64,000 nucleotides of DNA from Candidatus Fraserbacteria bacterium (GCA_947085185.1 CAMTVK010000007.1:1-64000), one strand, 5' to 3'; shown: positions 50,157-59,051, numbered from the stretch's first letter. Notes: generated by a model from the sequence alone, not told the origin. Made by a program: numbers and translations.

Positions 50157-50438
50157 TCACCCGGCTTCTTCTTCGATCATCGTGATCGCTCCGGTGGGAC
50201 AGACTTGCGAGCAGATCCCGCACCCCTTACAGTGATCGTAGCTGATCCCACGCATCTGCAGGCGCTCGACCAAGATCGTGGCTTCCGGGCAGTGGACCCA
50301 GCAGAGCAGACAATTGACGCAGAGCCTCTCGGTGAAGATGGGCTTTTTGCCGGCTCGCCACCCTCCGGTCTGTACGAGCTGAGGCGTCGCACCGCCAGGG
50401 ATGACCCCGCCAATGGGGAGCTCTTGATAGCGCCTCAT
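50157..50438 (-). CDS. porD: Pyruvate:ferredoxin oxidoreductase delta subunit
   Basis: TGGWR, CVNCLLCWVHCP and CKGCGICSQVCP. Confidence 0.92.
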   Translation of the reverse strand: MRRYQELPIGGVIPGGATPQLVQTGGWRAGKKPIFTERLCVNCLLCWVHCPEATILVERLQMRGISYDHCKGCGICSQVCPTGAITMIEEEAG

Positions 50439-50998
50439 AGCGATGCCTCACTGTCGTCAAGCGCAGCAAAGCCTGCGCGCAGCGCCGCGATGTTGGTCGC
50501 CAGCGCCTTCTCGCCGAACATGTGAGCAAGCTCTCTCTCTAAATCTTCAAGGACGAGATCGCCGAGCACGCGCACCAGCGCCCCCACCATCACCACGTTG
50601 GAGAAGCGCACGCCCACCGAACGCGCGAGCGCGTCCGCATCGAGCGTGATGATCTTCCCTGAAAACCCCGTGAGCGCCCGGATCTCTTGTGGGGTCTTTG
50701 GGCTGTTCACCAAGAGAACCCCGTGGCGCTTGAGCCCTTCGGTGACCCGGGCTTCTTTTGCTGTCAGCAATGTCGGGTCGAGCACCACGACGATGTCTGG
50801 TTCGTAGACGCTGCAGTGCAAGCGGATCTCTTTGGTATCGAGGCGATTGAACGCTTTGACGGGTGCGCCGCTGCGCTCTGGGCCGTATTCAGGGAAAGCC
50901 TGGACGAAGCGCCCGCGGCGCAGCGCCGCTCCAGCTAAGAGCTGGGAGACGGTCTTAGCTCCTTGGCCGCCGCGCCCGTGCCAGCGAATCTCTATCAC
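50435..50998 (-). CDS. porC: Pyruvate:ferredoxin oxidoreductase gamma subunit
   Basis: EIRWHGRGGQG and PEYGPERSGAP. Confidence 0.92.
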   Translation of the reverse strand: MIEIRWHGRGGQGAKTVSQLLAGAALRRGRFVQAFPEYGPERSGAPVKAFNRLDTKEIRLHCSVYEPDIVVVLDPTLLTAKEARVTEGLKRHGVLLVNSPKTPQEIRALTGFSGKIITLDADALARSVGVRFSNVVMVGALVRVLGDLVLEDLERELAHMFGEKALATNIAALRAGFAALDDSEASL

Positions 50999-51004
50999 CG
51001 CGCG

Positions 51005-52345
51005 TCACCCCTTGGTGAGAAACTTCGCGATCCCTTGCGCCGCGAGCTTCCCGTCTCTCACGGCTTCGACGACGGTAGCGCCGCCGTTGATGCAATCGCC
51101 GCCGGCAAAGTATTTCTCTCGGTTCGTCTGAAAATTCTCGTGCACTTTCACAAGGCCGCCCTCGGTCTCCAGGCCCAACGCGTTAAAGAGCTCGACCCGC
51201 TTCTCTTGCCCGATCGCTTTGATAACCGTGTCGACTTCTAAAGTGAACTCGGTGCCGGGGACGGGCTGCGGGGCTGGGCGACCGGACTTGTCTGGCGTTC
51301 CCAACTTCATATGAATACATTCGATCTGTCTGACCTTGCCGTCGCCAAGGAGGCGCACAGGGGCCGTCAAGAAGTAGAAGTGGACGCCCTCCTTGCGCGC
51401 CGCTTTGACTTCATACTTGAACGCAGGCATCTCACGCTCGGTGCGCCGATAGAGCACCATCACGTCGGTCGCGCCCAGGCGCACCGCCTCGCGCGCCACG
51501 TCAATCGCCGTGTTGCCCCCTCCGATGACCGCGACCGTCGGGCCGATCTTAGGAGGATGCCCCTCCTTGATGCGCTCAATAAACTCAAGCGCATCCCAGA
51601 CCCCCAAGAGCTCTTCCCCTGGGATGCGCGCCTTCGCGTCCGCTCCCAAGCCGACCCCAAGAAAGATCGCATGGTGGCGACGCTCCAACTCCTCACGAGA
51701 GATGTCTTTGCCAACAGTCACGCCGTAGTGGAGCTTAACCCCCAAGCGTTCGATCATAGCGACTTCAGCGGGCAGTGGGTCTTTCATCTGTTTGTAGGGA
51801 GCGATGGCAGACGTGACCAAGCCCCCAGGTTCATGCCGACTCTCGTAGACCACGACTTCATAGCCGAGTTTGGCCAGCTCTGCCGCGCAGGCCAACCCCG
51901 CCGGCCCCGCCCCAACGACCCCGATGCTCCAGGGCTTCCACGACGGGCGCGCAAAGAAATTGAGCTGCCGCGAGAGCGCCACGTCCGTCGCATAGCGCTG
52001 CAGACGCCCGATGGAGACAGCGCGTCGTCCTTCTTTGGTGAGTACGCAGGCACCCTCACAGAGCTCCTCGACAGGACAGACGCGCGCGCAGCTGCCTCCT
52101 AAGATATTGGCCTCAAAGATAAGCCGAGCGGCCTCCTCAGGACGCCCCTCGCGGATCGCTCGGATGAACTGGGGGACGGGGACGCGCGCTGGACAAGCCG
52201 CAACGCACGGAGCAGGCGCATACGGACCTCCACACTCCAAACAACGATCAGATTCGATCTGAGCGGTGGCGTCATCGAGAGGCGGATGGATCTCTTGATA
52301 GATCGGAGGTAGTGGCCCTTGTCGTGAGCCCAATAAGACGCTCAT
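51005..52345 (-). CDS. GltD/NfnB(SudA)/PreT-like Fe-S flavoprotein NAD(P)H oxidoreductase
   Basis: RCLEC...PCVAACP, CARVCP...CEGAC, GAGPAG, GGGNTAID, YRR and AGGD. Confidence 0.9.
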   Translation of the reverse strand: MSVLLGSRQGPLPPIYQEIHPPLDDATAQIESDRCLECGGPYAPAPCVAACPARVPVPQFIRAIREGRPEEAARLIFEANILGGSCARVCPVEELCEGACVLTKEGRRAVSIGRLQRYATDVALSRQLNFFARPSWKPWSIGVVGAGPAGLACAAELAKLGYEVVVYESRHEPGGLVTSAIAPYKQMKDPLPAEVAMIERLGVKLHYGVTVGKDISREELERRHHAIFLGVGLGADAKARIPGEELLGVWDALEFIERIKEGHPPKIGPTVAVIGGGNTAIDVAREAVRLGATDVMVLYRRTEREMPAFKYEVKAARKEGVHFYFLTAPVRLLGDGKVRQIECIHMKLGTPDKSGRPAPQPVPGTEFTLEVDTVIKAIGQEKRVELFNALGLETEGGLVKVHENFQTNREKYFAGGDCINGGATVVEAVRDGKLAAQGIAKFLTKG

Positions 52346-52375
52346 GCAGCCCCCTTTCGTTCCAGCTCTGAAGCT

Positions 52376-52439
52376 ATCTTAGGGGGCTTGGGCGACTTAA
52401 GCCATGATGTCGGTCATCACTATTATTGATCAAAATCAA
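52376..52439 (-). promoter_or_regulatory. Promoter with tandem FNR/Crp-family boxes
   Basis: Perfect TTGAT-CAAA-ATCAA at 52426-52439; degenerate ATGAT-GTCG-GTCAT at 52404-52417; -10 TAAGAT at 52381-52376. Confidence 0.7.
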
Positions 52440-52465
52440 ACGGGACGGCCTGGGGGGCCGTCCCG
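52432..52465 (-). terminator. Intrinsic terminator after the small protein and its structured 3' region
   Basis: 10 bp stem cgggacggcc/ggccgtcccg followed by tttgatttt on the minus strand. Confidence 0.7.
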
Positions 52466-52559
52466 CGGGAAAGGGGGTTCCGACCTGATAGGAATCCCTA
52501 TCAGGTCGCTTCCAGGGATGAGGTAGGGATAATGACGCTCACGCTCCCTGGATCAATCT

Positions 52560-52748
52560 TTACAGCGCCTTGCTTTTGCGAATCCACTCGTACCCAACCC
52601 AACCGCCAATGACAAAAGCCAGAAGCACCAAGATGAAGACCATCTCTGGCCCGCTGGGCTGGAAAGAATTCGTTTGCTGGGCCATGCCGATACGATCCAC
52701 GGTGAGGCCGACCAAGCTCCCACCGAGTATGCGCACTGCCTTGCTCAT
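52560..52748 (-). CDS. Small 62-aa membrane protein
   Basis: AAGGGGG SD, its own promoter (TTGACT, 18 bp, TATAAT at 52810-52781) and a C-terminal TM followed by basic residues. Confidence 0.65.
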   Translation of the reverse strand: MSKAVRILGGSLVGLTVDRIGMAQQTNSFQPSGPEMVFILVLLAFVIGGWVGYEWIRKSKAL

Positions 52749-52849
52749 GAGACCCCCTTGTCAAACTTTATGAGCTCATTATTATAGCCTGTTGGGGAAG
52801 CTAAAGTCAAGTTTGGAATAATTCAGATCCCTTGCGAGAAATTTTTATT

Positions 52850-54157
52850 TTACCGCCACAGATTCTGCTCTTCTCCAGGGCCCACAGAGATCATCGAGAT
52901 GGGGATGCCGAGCTCATCTTCGATGAGCTGCACGTAGTGTTGGGCTGCTTTGGGGAGCTCGGAGAACTCTCGGCAATCCGAGAGCGGTTCCTCCCAGCCA
53001 GGCACTCGTTCGTAGATGGGCTCGCACTCTTGGAGGATCTCACAGACGGTGGGGAAGTCGTGCAGGACGCTCCCGTGATAGCGATAGCGGGTCGCTATAG
53101 GGATCTCAGCGAAGCCGCTGAGCACGTCGAGCTTGGTGAGGGCCAGCTCCGTGAAGCCGTTGACCATAGTAGCATAGCGCAGGGCGACGAGATCGAGCCA
53201 GCCGCAGCGGCGCGGCCGCCCTGTGGTCGTGCCGAACTCATGCCCTTGGACGCGCAAGCGCTCCCCAGCGCCGTCAAGCGCCTCCGTGGGAAACGGCCCA
53301 TAGCCCACTCGGGTCGTATACGCCTTGGCCACTCCAATCACCCGACCGACTCGCTGCGGCGGCACCCCAGCCCCAGTCCCAATCCCGCCAATAGTCGGCG
53401 TCGAAGACGTCACATACGGATACGTCCCCAGGTCGAGATCGAGTAAAGTCGCTTGAGCCCCTTCAAAGATTATATATTTATTCTGATCCAGAGCGTCGTT
53501 GAGCAAGCGCACGGTGTCTACAATGCGATCCCGAAAGCTCTCGGAGAGCCGCAGCACGTCTTCGGCGAGCGCATCGGCGCGCAGGCGCACAAGCTCAGGC
53601 TGATCGGGCCAAAGTCTCTGATAGCGCTCCAAGACAGCCGCGAGTCTTTCCGCAAATCTCTGGGGGAAGAGCAAGTCCGACATTCTCAGTCCGATGCGGG
53701 CAGCCTTATCACGATAAGCTGGGCCGATTCCCTTGGCGGTCGTATCGAGGGCCGTCTGGGAGCCCTCGAGTCTCTCAACAATGGGATGATAGGGCAGAAG
53801 GAGATGCGCGTTGGAGCTGATAGAGATCTGGGGCTCGCTGCCGCGCAGCTCACGGAGCGCATTGAGCTCTTGGACGAGCGCGTAAGGGTCAATGACCATG
53901 CCGTGGGCCAAGACCCCAGCACAGCCCTCATGGAGCGCTCCGGAGGGGATCAAATGAAACTTAAACTCTTGCGCTGTCTGGTCGCTTTCTGCTCCTGCTC
54001 CGACCGTCAGGGGGACGCGGCTGGCAACCACACGATGTCCGGCATTGGTACCCCCGTTGAAACGCACACAATAGTCGGCGCCTCTGCAAAGCACATGGAC
54101 GATCTTGCCCTTGCCCTCATCGCCCCATTGAGCGCCCAAGACAGCTACAGCTGGCAT
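52850..54157 (-). CDS. purA: Adenylosuccinate synthetase
   Basis: QWGDEGKGK, GIGPAY, EGAQ and GTTTGRPRRCGW. Confidence 0.96.
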   Translation of the reverse strand: MPAVAVLGAQWGDEGKGKIVHVLCRGADYCVRFNGGTNAGHRVVASRVPLTVGAGAESDQTAQEFKFHLIPSGALHEGCAGVLAHGMVIDPYALVQELNALRELRGSEPQISISSNAHLLLPYHPIVERLEGSQTALDTTAKGIGPAYRDKAARIGLRMSDLLFPQRFAERLAAVLERYQRLWPDQPELVRLRADALAEDVLRLSESFRDRIVDTVRLLNDALDQNKYIIFEGAQATLLDLDLGTYPYVTSSTPTIGGIGTGAGVPPQRVGRVIGVAKAYTTRVGYGPFPTEALDGAGERLRVQGHEFGTTTGRPRRCGWLDLVALRYATMVNGFTELALTKLDVLSGFAEIPIATRYRYHGSVLHDFPTVCEILQECEPIYERVPGWEEPLSDCREFSELPKAAQHYVQLIEDELGIPISMISVGPGEEQNLWR

Positions 54158-54912
54158 AGCATCACGTCCTCACTGGCGAGCTCGCGCACGCCCTCTGGAG
54201 TGCGCACGACCAGTGTACCCGATCGCCCTAGCCCAAGCACCTTGGCTTCTATCTTGCTCTTTGTGTCCGTCAGGATCGCGATGCGCTTGGGAAGCACCGA
54301 GAGCTCTTGCCAATATGTACGGACAAAATCGAATCCCTCTGAGAGAAATCGCTCGTAGCTCTGCGCCATGGCCCATAAAGCTATCTCAAAGAACTCCCCG
54401 AGAGAGACGGGCTTGCCCAACTCACGAGCCAGGGATGTCGCTGGGATGCGCGTCTCTTTGGGCAGCTCGTTATTGACGTTGACGCCAATCCCGGCGATGA
54501 GCCACTCAATCGTGTGGGCACGGCTGCTCAGCTCGAGCAAAATTCCCCCAAGCTTGTGATACTTCACCCCGGCCCCGCCAAGGGAGAGGGAATGGGGGTG
54601 AGGTACATACAGATCGTTGGGCCACTTGACGCCCACGCCCAGCCCCCAGCGCTCTCTCAGCGCTTGCGCCAGCGAGACCGCGATGAGCATCGCGATACAA
54701 CTGGCTTGCTCAACTGGGATCGGCGGCCTCAAGAGGATCGAGAACCATGCGCCACCCCACGATGACGTCCAGCTGCGCCCCCAGCGGCCCTTCCCGGCTG
54801 TCTGCTCGCGCGCGATGATCACCGTCCCTTCGGGAGCTCCAGAGCATGCCAGCTCTCTCAGATATTCATTGGTCGAGCCCAGCTTGGGAAATATCTCAAT
54901 CTGATAGGTCAT
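54145..54912 (-). CDS. birA: Biotin protein ligase, class I (no HTH)
   Basis: STN, QTAGKGRWGRSW, KWPND, KLGGIL and GIGVN. Confidence 0.93.
   Translation of the reverse strand: MTYQIEIFPKLGSTNEYLRELACSGAPEGTVIIAREQTAGKGRWGRSWTSSWGGAWFSILLRPPIPVEQASCIAMLIAVSLAQALRERWGLGVGVKWPNDLYVPHPHSLSLGGAGVKYHKLGGILLELSSRAHTIEWLIAGIGVNVNNELPKETRIPATSLARELGKPVSLGEFFEIALWAMAQSYERFLSEGFDFVRTYWQELSVLPKRIAILTDTKSKIEAKVLGLGRSGTLVVRTPEGVRELASEDVMLCQL
54562..54603. repeat. Palindromic element in frame inside birA
   Basis: 42 bp with arms cttcacccc/ggggtgagg and a gggagaggg core; encodes PHPHSLSLGGAGVK. Confidence 0.75.
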
Positions 54913-57900
54913 CGTGTGCGCACCAGGCCGATCTTGGCGGGATGGCCATTGACATCGAGTTCCTTAGTGAACTCGACCCTCTCAAAAGAGCTGTTGCGCT
55001 GCAGCGTGACTGCCAGGGTCTCTTCTTGAATGGCCTTCGCAGACCGCTCGATCGCTGCCTGAAGTTCTTGGTCAGCCTCGTAGTAGAGCTCAATGCGATC
55101 GGAGACTTCAAAGCCCGCTTCTTTTCGGCTCTCTTGCACAAGTCTGATGAACTCCCGCATCAAGCCCTCTTGGCGCAGCTCATCGTCAATCTGGGTGTTG
55201 ATCAAGACCTTCACGTCGCCCTCAGCGCCTTCAGCAAAGCCCTCGCGCGGAACAAGCACGACGCGCACATGCGTACCCTCGACAAGCTCGATCTCCTGGC
55301 CTTCTACGGCCAGGCGCAGCCTCTTTTGGGCTTTCAGCTCCCCTGCAAGCTGCACACGCTTGTCATGATCAGCCCCGTTCAGCTCCTCTAGGACAGCCAG
55401 AGCTTTAGGGGCTAAACCGCGAAGATCCTTCCCCAGCGCAGACTTCTCGTATGCAAACTTGGGAGTATAGAACGCATACAGCTTCTCTTCGGTGATCCAT
55501 TCGAGCTTCTTCACGTTCAACTCCCGCTTAATTAAATCCAGATAGGCTTGTTCAAGTGGCGGTCTTCTCTCAAGCACGATAGCGCCAGACAGCGGCTGTC
55601 GGACCTTGATCTGCACTCTATTGCGCGCTTGCAGGCCTGCCGTGACGATCTGCCGCGCCCGCTCCATCTGCCTTTCAAGTTCCGTATCGCGCAGGGACTC
55701 GTTCACCGACGGCCACTCGCACAGATGGACGCTCTCGGGCATCTCTTCTGTCTTTAAATTCTGATAGATCGCCTCGGCCAAGAAGGGCACAAACGGCGCA
55801 AGCAGCTTGGCAAAATCTACCAAGATTTCGTAGAGCGTCATGTACGCGGAAGTCTTATCAGCGTTCCACCCACTGCCCCAAAAGCGTGCCCGAGAATTCC
55901 GCACGTACCAATTGCTGAGGTCGTCCACGAACGTCTTGATTGCTCCTGTAGCCGCGACAGGGTCGTACTCGTCCAGCGCTTTTGTAGTCACGCTCACCGT
56001 GTGAGAAAAGCGCGAAAGAATCCAGCGATCAAGCAAAGCGCGCTCTGACAGACTCTGTCGCGCGGGATCAAAATCATCTATCTTCGCGTAGAGCGCGAAG
56101 AAGTTATAGACATTGCGCACGGTCTCCAAGACCCCGCGCGCTTCGACGACTTCCTTGGGATCAAGCCGCCGGTCACGCCACGGCGCGCTCCCCGCATAGA
56201 AGAACCAGCGCACGGCATCCGCGCCGTAGACGTTCACCACATCCCAAGGGTCGAGCACGTTGCCCAAGCTCTTGGACATCTTCTTGCCCGATTCGTCCAA
56301 GCCCATCCCCGTCACCACCACGTGCTTATACGGATGGGGATAGGGATGCTCTTCGTAAAGCAGCGTGCTTGTGACTAAGAGCGAGTAGAACCAGCCGCGC
56401 GTCTGGTCAATCCCTTCGGCAATGAAATCTGCAGGGAACTGCTCTGCAAAGAGCTCTTGGTTTTCGAAGGGGTAATGCCATTGGGCAGTGTGCATCATCC
56501 CCGAATCGAACCAACAGTCAATGACATAGGGGACGCGGCGCATCGTGCCGCCACACGAACACTTCAAGAGCACATCGTCAATCCAAGGACGATGAAACTC
56601 GACGGAGCGCGCGCGCTCCCCCTCGACAGCTAAGTCCACAAGCTCTTGGCGGCTCCCAATACAATGCTCTCTGCGACACTGCTCGCACACCCATAAGGGC
56701 AAGGGCGTCCCCCAGTAGCGGTCGCGCGAGAGCGCCCAGTCTTTCATAGTCTCTAAGAAATTACCAAAGCGCCCATCGCGAAAGTGCTCCGGATGCCAGC
56801 GAATCTGTTTGTTGTTCTCGATGATCTGCTTCTGTTTGGCGGTCGTCTTGATGAAGTACGAATCCAAAGCATAGTAGAGCAGCGGGGTCTTGCAGCGCCA
56901 ACAGAACGGATAATCGTGCTCGTACCTCCCAGACTTATAGAGCACCCCACGTTGCTTGAGATCTTGGATGATGAGGGCGTCGGCGTCTTTGACAAACTTC
57001 CCTGCAGCCAATGGGAATTCTTCGGTGAACTTCCCTTCTAAGTCCACAGGGTTGACGAAGGGCAGCCCTTCAGCCTGTCCAAGTTGATAGTCCTCCTCGC
57101 CGAACGCCGGCGCAATATGCACAATGCCCGTGCCTTCTTTGAGTGAGACAAAATCTGCCGCGACGACGCGATAAGCTCTAGGGTCGTTGCTCAGTCTATA
57201 AGCGGGTTCGTAGCGCCAGCCCACAAGCTCTGCCCCGCGCATCGTGCCGACGATCTGAGGAGTGTGCTTCCCCAAGATGGGCTCGACAAGTTCTTGGGCG
57301 AGAATGAAGATCTCTTCGCCGACTTTGGCCAGAGCATACGTATAGTCGGGGCCGACAGCCAGCGCGACGTTGCTGGGCACCGTCCAGGGGGTCGTCGTCC
57401 AGACAAGAAACCAGACTTCGTCTGGACTATTCGCCGTGCCGCCTTCGGCGGCACGATGTACAGTCCAGGCGAAGCCTGGCCAGCCTCTGGCCGGCGAAGA
57501 TGAATGGTCTAGGCGGAGCCTAGCCTGGAGTTTGAGGAAGATGGACGGGTCTTTGACGGTCTCGTAGCCTTGAGCAACTTCGTGGGAGCTGAGAGGCGTG
57601 CCGCAGCGTGGGCAGTAGGGCAGAACTTTATGCCCTTTATACAGCAAGCCCTTCTCCCAGATCCTCTTGAGCGCCCACCATACCGACTCAATATAGTCGT
57701 TGGTGTACGTGATATATGCGTTCTCTTGGTCGTACCAGAAGCCCATTCTGGGGTCGAAGGCGATCCAGTCGTTCTTATACTTCCAGACGTTTTCCTTGCA
57801 TTTTCTCACGAAGTTTTCGACCCCAAACGCCTCGATCTCGCGCTTGCTGTTGAGCCCGAGCTCTTTCTCCACTTTGAGCTCGACGGGCAGGCCGTGGGTA

Positions 57901-58163
57901 TCCCAGCCCCCCTTCTTGATGACATGATACCCTTGCATCAGCTTGTATCTGGGGAAGAGATCTTTATAGACGCGCGGGATGAGATGCCCGAAGTGGGGCT
58001 TATCGTTGGCGGTGGGCGGGCCCTCGTAGAAGACGAAGCGCTTCTTTTCTCTGTGTGGTTCGTTGCGACTCAGGCTCTTTTGGGGAATGATGGCCTGCTC
58101 CCAAAACTGCAGCACGGCTTCTTCGAGCGCCAGGGGGTCTTTGAGCTTCTCGTATTTGGGCAT
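54909..58163 (-). CDS. ileS: Isoleucine--tRNA ligase, type 2
   Basis: HFGH, GWDTHGLP, WTTTPW, DQTRGWF, KMSKS and a long IleRS2-type C-terminus. Confidence 0.96.
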   Translation of the reverse strand: MPKYEKLKDPLALEEAVLQFWEQAIIPQKSLSRNEPHREKKRFVFYEGPPTANDKPHFGHLIPRVYKDLFPRYKLMQGYHVIKKGGWDTHGLPVELKVEKELGLNSKREIEAFGVENFVRKCKENVWKYKNDWIAFDPRMGFWYDQENAYITYTNDYIESVWWALKRIWEKGLLYKGHKVLPYCPRCGTPLSSHEVAQGYETVKDPSIFLKLQARLRLDHSSSPARGWPGFAWTVHRAAEGGTANSPDEVWFLVWTTTPWTVPSNVALAVGPDYTYALAKVGEEIFILAQELVEPILGKHTPQIVGTMRGAELVGWRYEPAYRLSNDPRAYRVVAADFVSLKEGTGIVHIAPAFGEEDYQLGQAEGLPFVNPVDLEGKFTEEFPLAAGKFVKDADALIIQDLKQRGVLYKSGRYEHDYPFCWRCKTPLLYYALDSYFIKTTAKQKQIIENNKQIRWHPEHFRDGRFGNFLETMKDWALSRDRYWGTPLPLWVCEQCRREHCIGSRQELVDLAVEGERARSVEFHRPWIDDVLLKCSCGGTMRRVPYVIDCWFDSGMMHTAQWHYPFENQELFAEQFPADFIAEGIDQTRGWFYSLLVTSTLLYEEHPYPHPYKHVVVTGMGLDESGKKMSKSLGNVLDPWDVVNVYGADAVRWFFYAGSAPWRDRRLDPKEVVEARGVLETVRNVYNFFALYAKIDDFDPARQSLSERALLDRWILSRFSHTVSVTTKALDEYDPVAATGAIKTFVDDLSNWYVRNSRARFWGSGWNADKTSAYMTLYEILVDFAKLLAPFVPFLAEAIYQNLKTEEMPESVHLCEWPSVNESLRDTELERQMERARQIVTAGLQARNRVQIKVRQPLSGAIVLERRPPLEQAYLDLIKRELNVKKLEWITEEKLYAFYTPKFAYEKSALGKDLRGLAPKALAVLEELNGADHDKRVQLAGELKAQKRLRLAVEGQEIELVEGTHVRVVLVPREGFAEGAEGDVKVLINTQIDDELRQEGLMREFIRLVQESRKEAGFEVSDRIELYYEADQELQAAIERSAKAIQEETLAVTLQRNSSFERVEFTKELDVNGHPAKIGLVRTR
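57422..57523. repeat. Multi-hairpin palindromic element in frame inside ileS
   Basis: Four short inverted repeats plus imperfect outer arms within 102 bp, coinciding with an extra peptide before WTTTPW. Confidence 0.75.
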
Positions 58164-58230
58164 AGCGCAGGCCACCTCCAGTTGACAGTTCTGAGTGAGT
58201 CAGTTTCACACTGACGAACTGACCAAGGGA

Positions 58231-58259
58231 ATGATACTGCACTCTCTGCGGGGCGTCAA
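58231..58259 (-). promoter_or_regulatory. Sigma70 promoter of ileS-birA-purA
   Basis: TTGACG, 17 bp spacer, TATCAT. Confidence 0.75.
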
Positions 58260-58260
58260 G

Positions 58261-59046
58261 CTACTCCACAAAGTGCCACGCTATGGCCAGCAGCCCTAGC
58301 ACAAGACAGTATACAGCAAACGGCGTCAAGCGGCGCTCGCGCAGGAACTGCATAAAGAAGCGAATCGCGACGATTCCTGAGAGAAACGCCACGATCGTCC
58401 CGATCACATAGCTGCTCCACAGGGCGCTGTGCGCAGAAGGGTTTGAGAGGGCTTGGGTCAGTTTGAGCAGTGTCGCTCCCAAGATCGCGGGGATGAACAA
58501 CAAGAACGAGAACTCCGCAGCGTCGGTGCGGCGCAACCCGCACAGCAGCCCCAGAGCAATGGTGCTCCCGCTGCGCGAAATCCCCGGAAGCACCGCGACC
58601 CCTTGGGCAAGACCGATCCAGAGCGCCTCACGCCACGTGAGCTGCTCTAGGGATTTAGTGACGTCTCGAAGACGCTCAGCCATAATGAGCACGGCTGCCG
58701 TGACGAGCAGCCCCAGCCCCACCGCCCAACTGCGCACAAACGCCGCCTCGGCCACAGAGTCTAACGCAAGCCCCAAAATGCCCGTGGGAAGAGACCCCAC
58801 GACGAGCAACCCCAACAGCCTCAGATCTGCTCCACCGCGCACGGGCGCCCACACCAACCGAAGTATCCTCTGACGAAAGACCCACAACACCGAGAGCACC
58901 GTGCCAAAGTGCACAAAGATATTGAAGACGATCCCAGGCTTGCGCACCCCAAAGAGCTGTTCAGCGAGTGCCAAGTGCCCCGAACTGCTGATGGGCAGAA
59001 ATTCCGTCAGCCCCTGCAACAGCCCTAAGAGTATAAACGTCAGCAT
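58261..59046 (-). CDS. uppP: Undecaprenyl-diphosphatase
   Basis: QGLTEFLPISSSGH and PGISRSG. Confidence 0.96.
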   Translation of the reverse strand: MLTFILLGLLQGLTEFLPISSSGHLALAEQLFGVRKPGIVFNIFVHFGTVLSVLWVFRQRILRLVWAPVRGGADLRLLGLLVVGSLPTGILGLALDSVAEAAFVRSWAVGLGLLVTAAVLIMAERLRDVTKSLEQLTWREALWIGLAQGVAVLPGISRSGSTIALGLLCGLRRTDAAEFSFLLFIPAILGATLLKLTQALSNPSAHSALWSSYVIGTIVAFLSGIVAIRFFMQFLRERRLTPFAVYCLVLGLLAIAWHFVE

Positions 59047-59051
59047 TGCTT

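Noticed and set aside
52348..52388. agccccct/agggggct stem sequestering the SD of the GltD-like gene
   Set aside because: If transcription starts near 52369 as predicted, the distal arm is not transcribed. Revisit if the start maps further upstream.
58164..58230. T-box riboswitch before ileS
   Set aside because: The predicted leader is only about 60 nt with one small hairpin and no T-box consensus.
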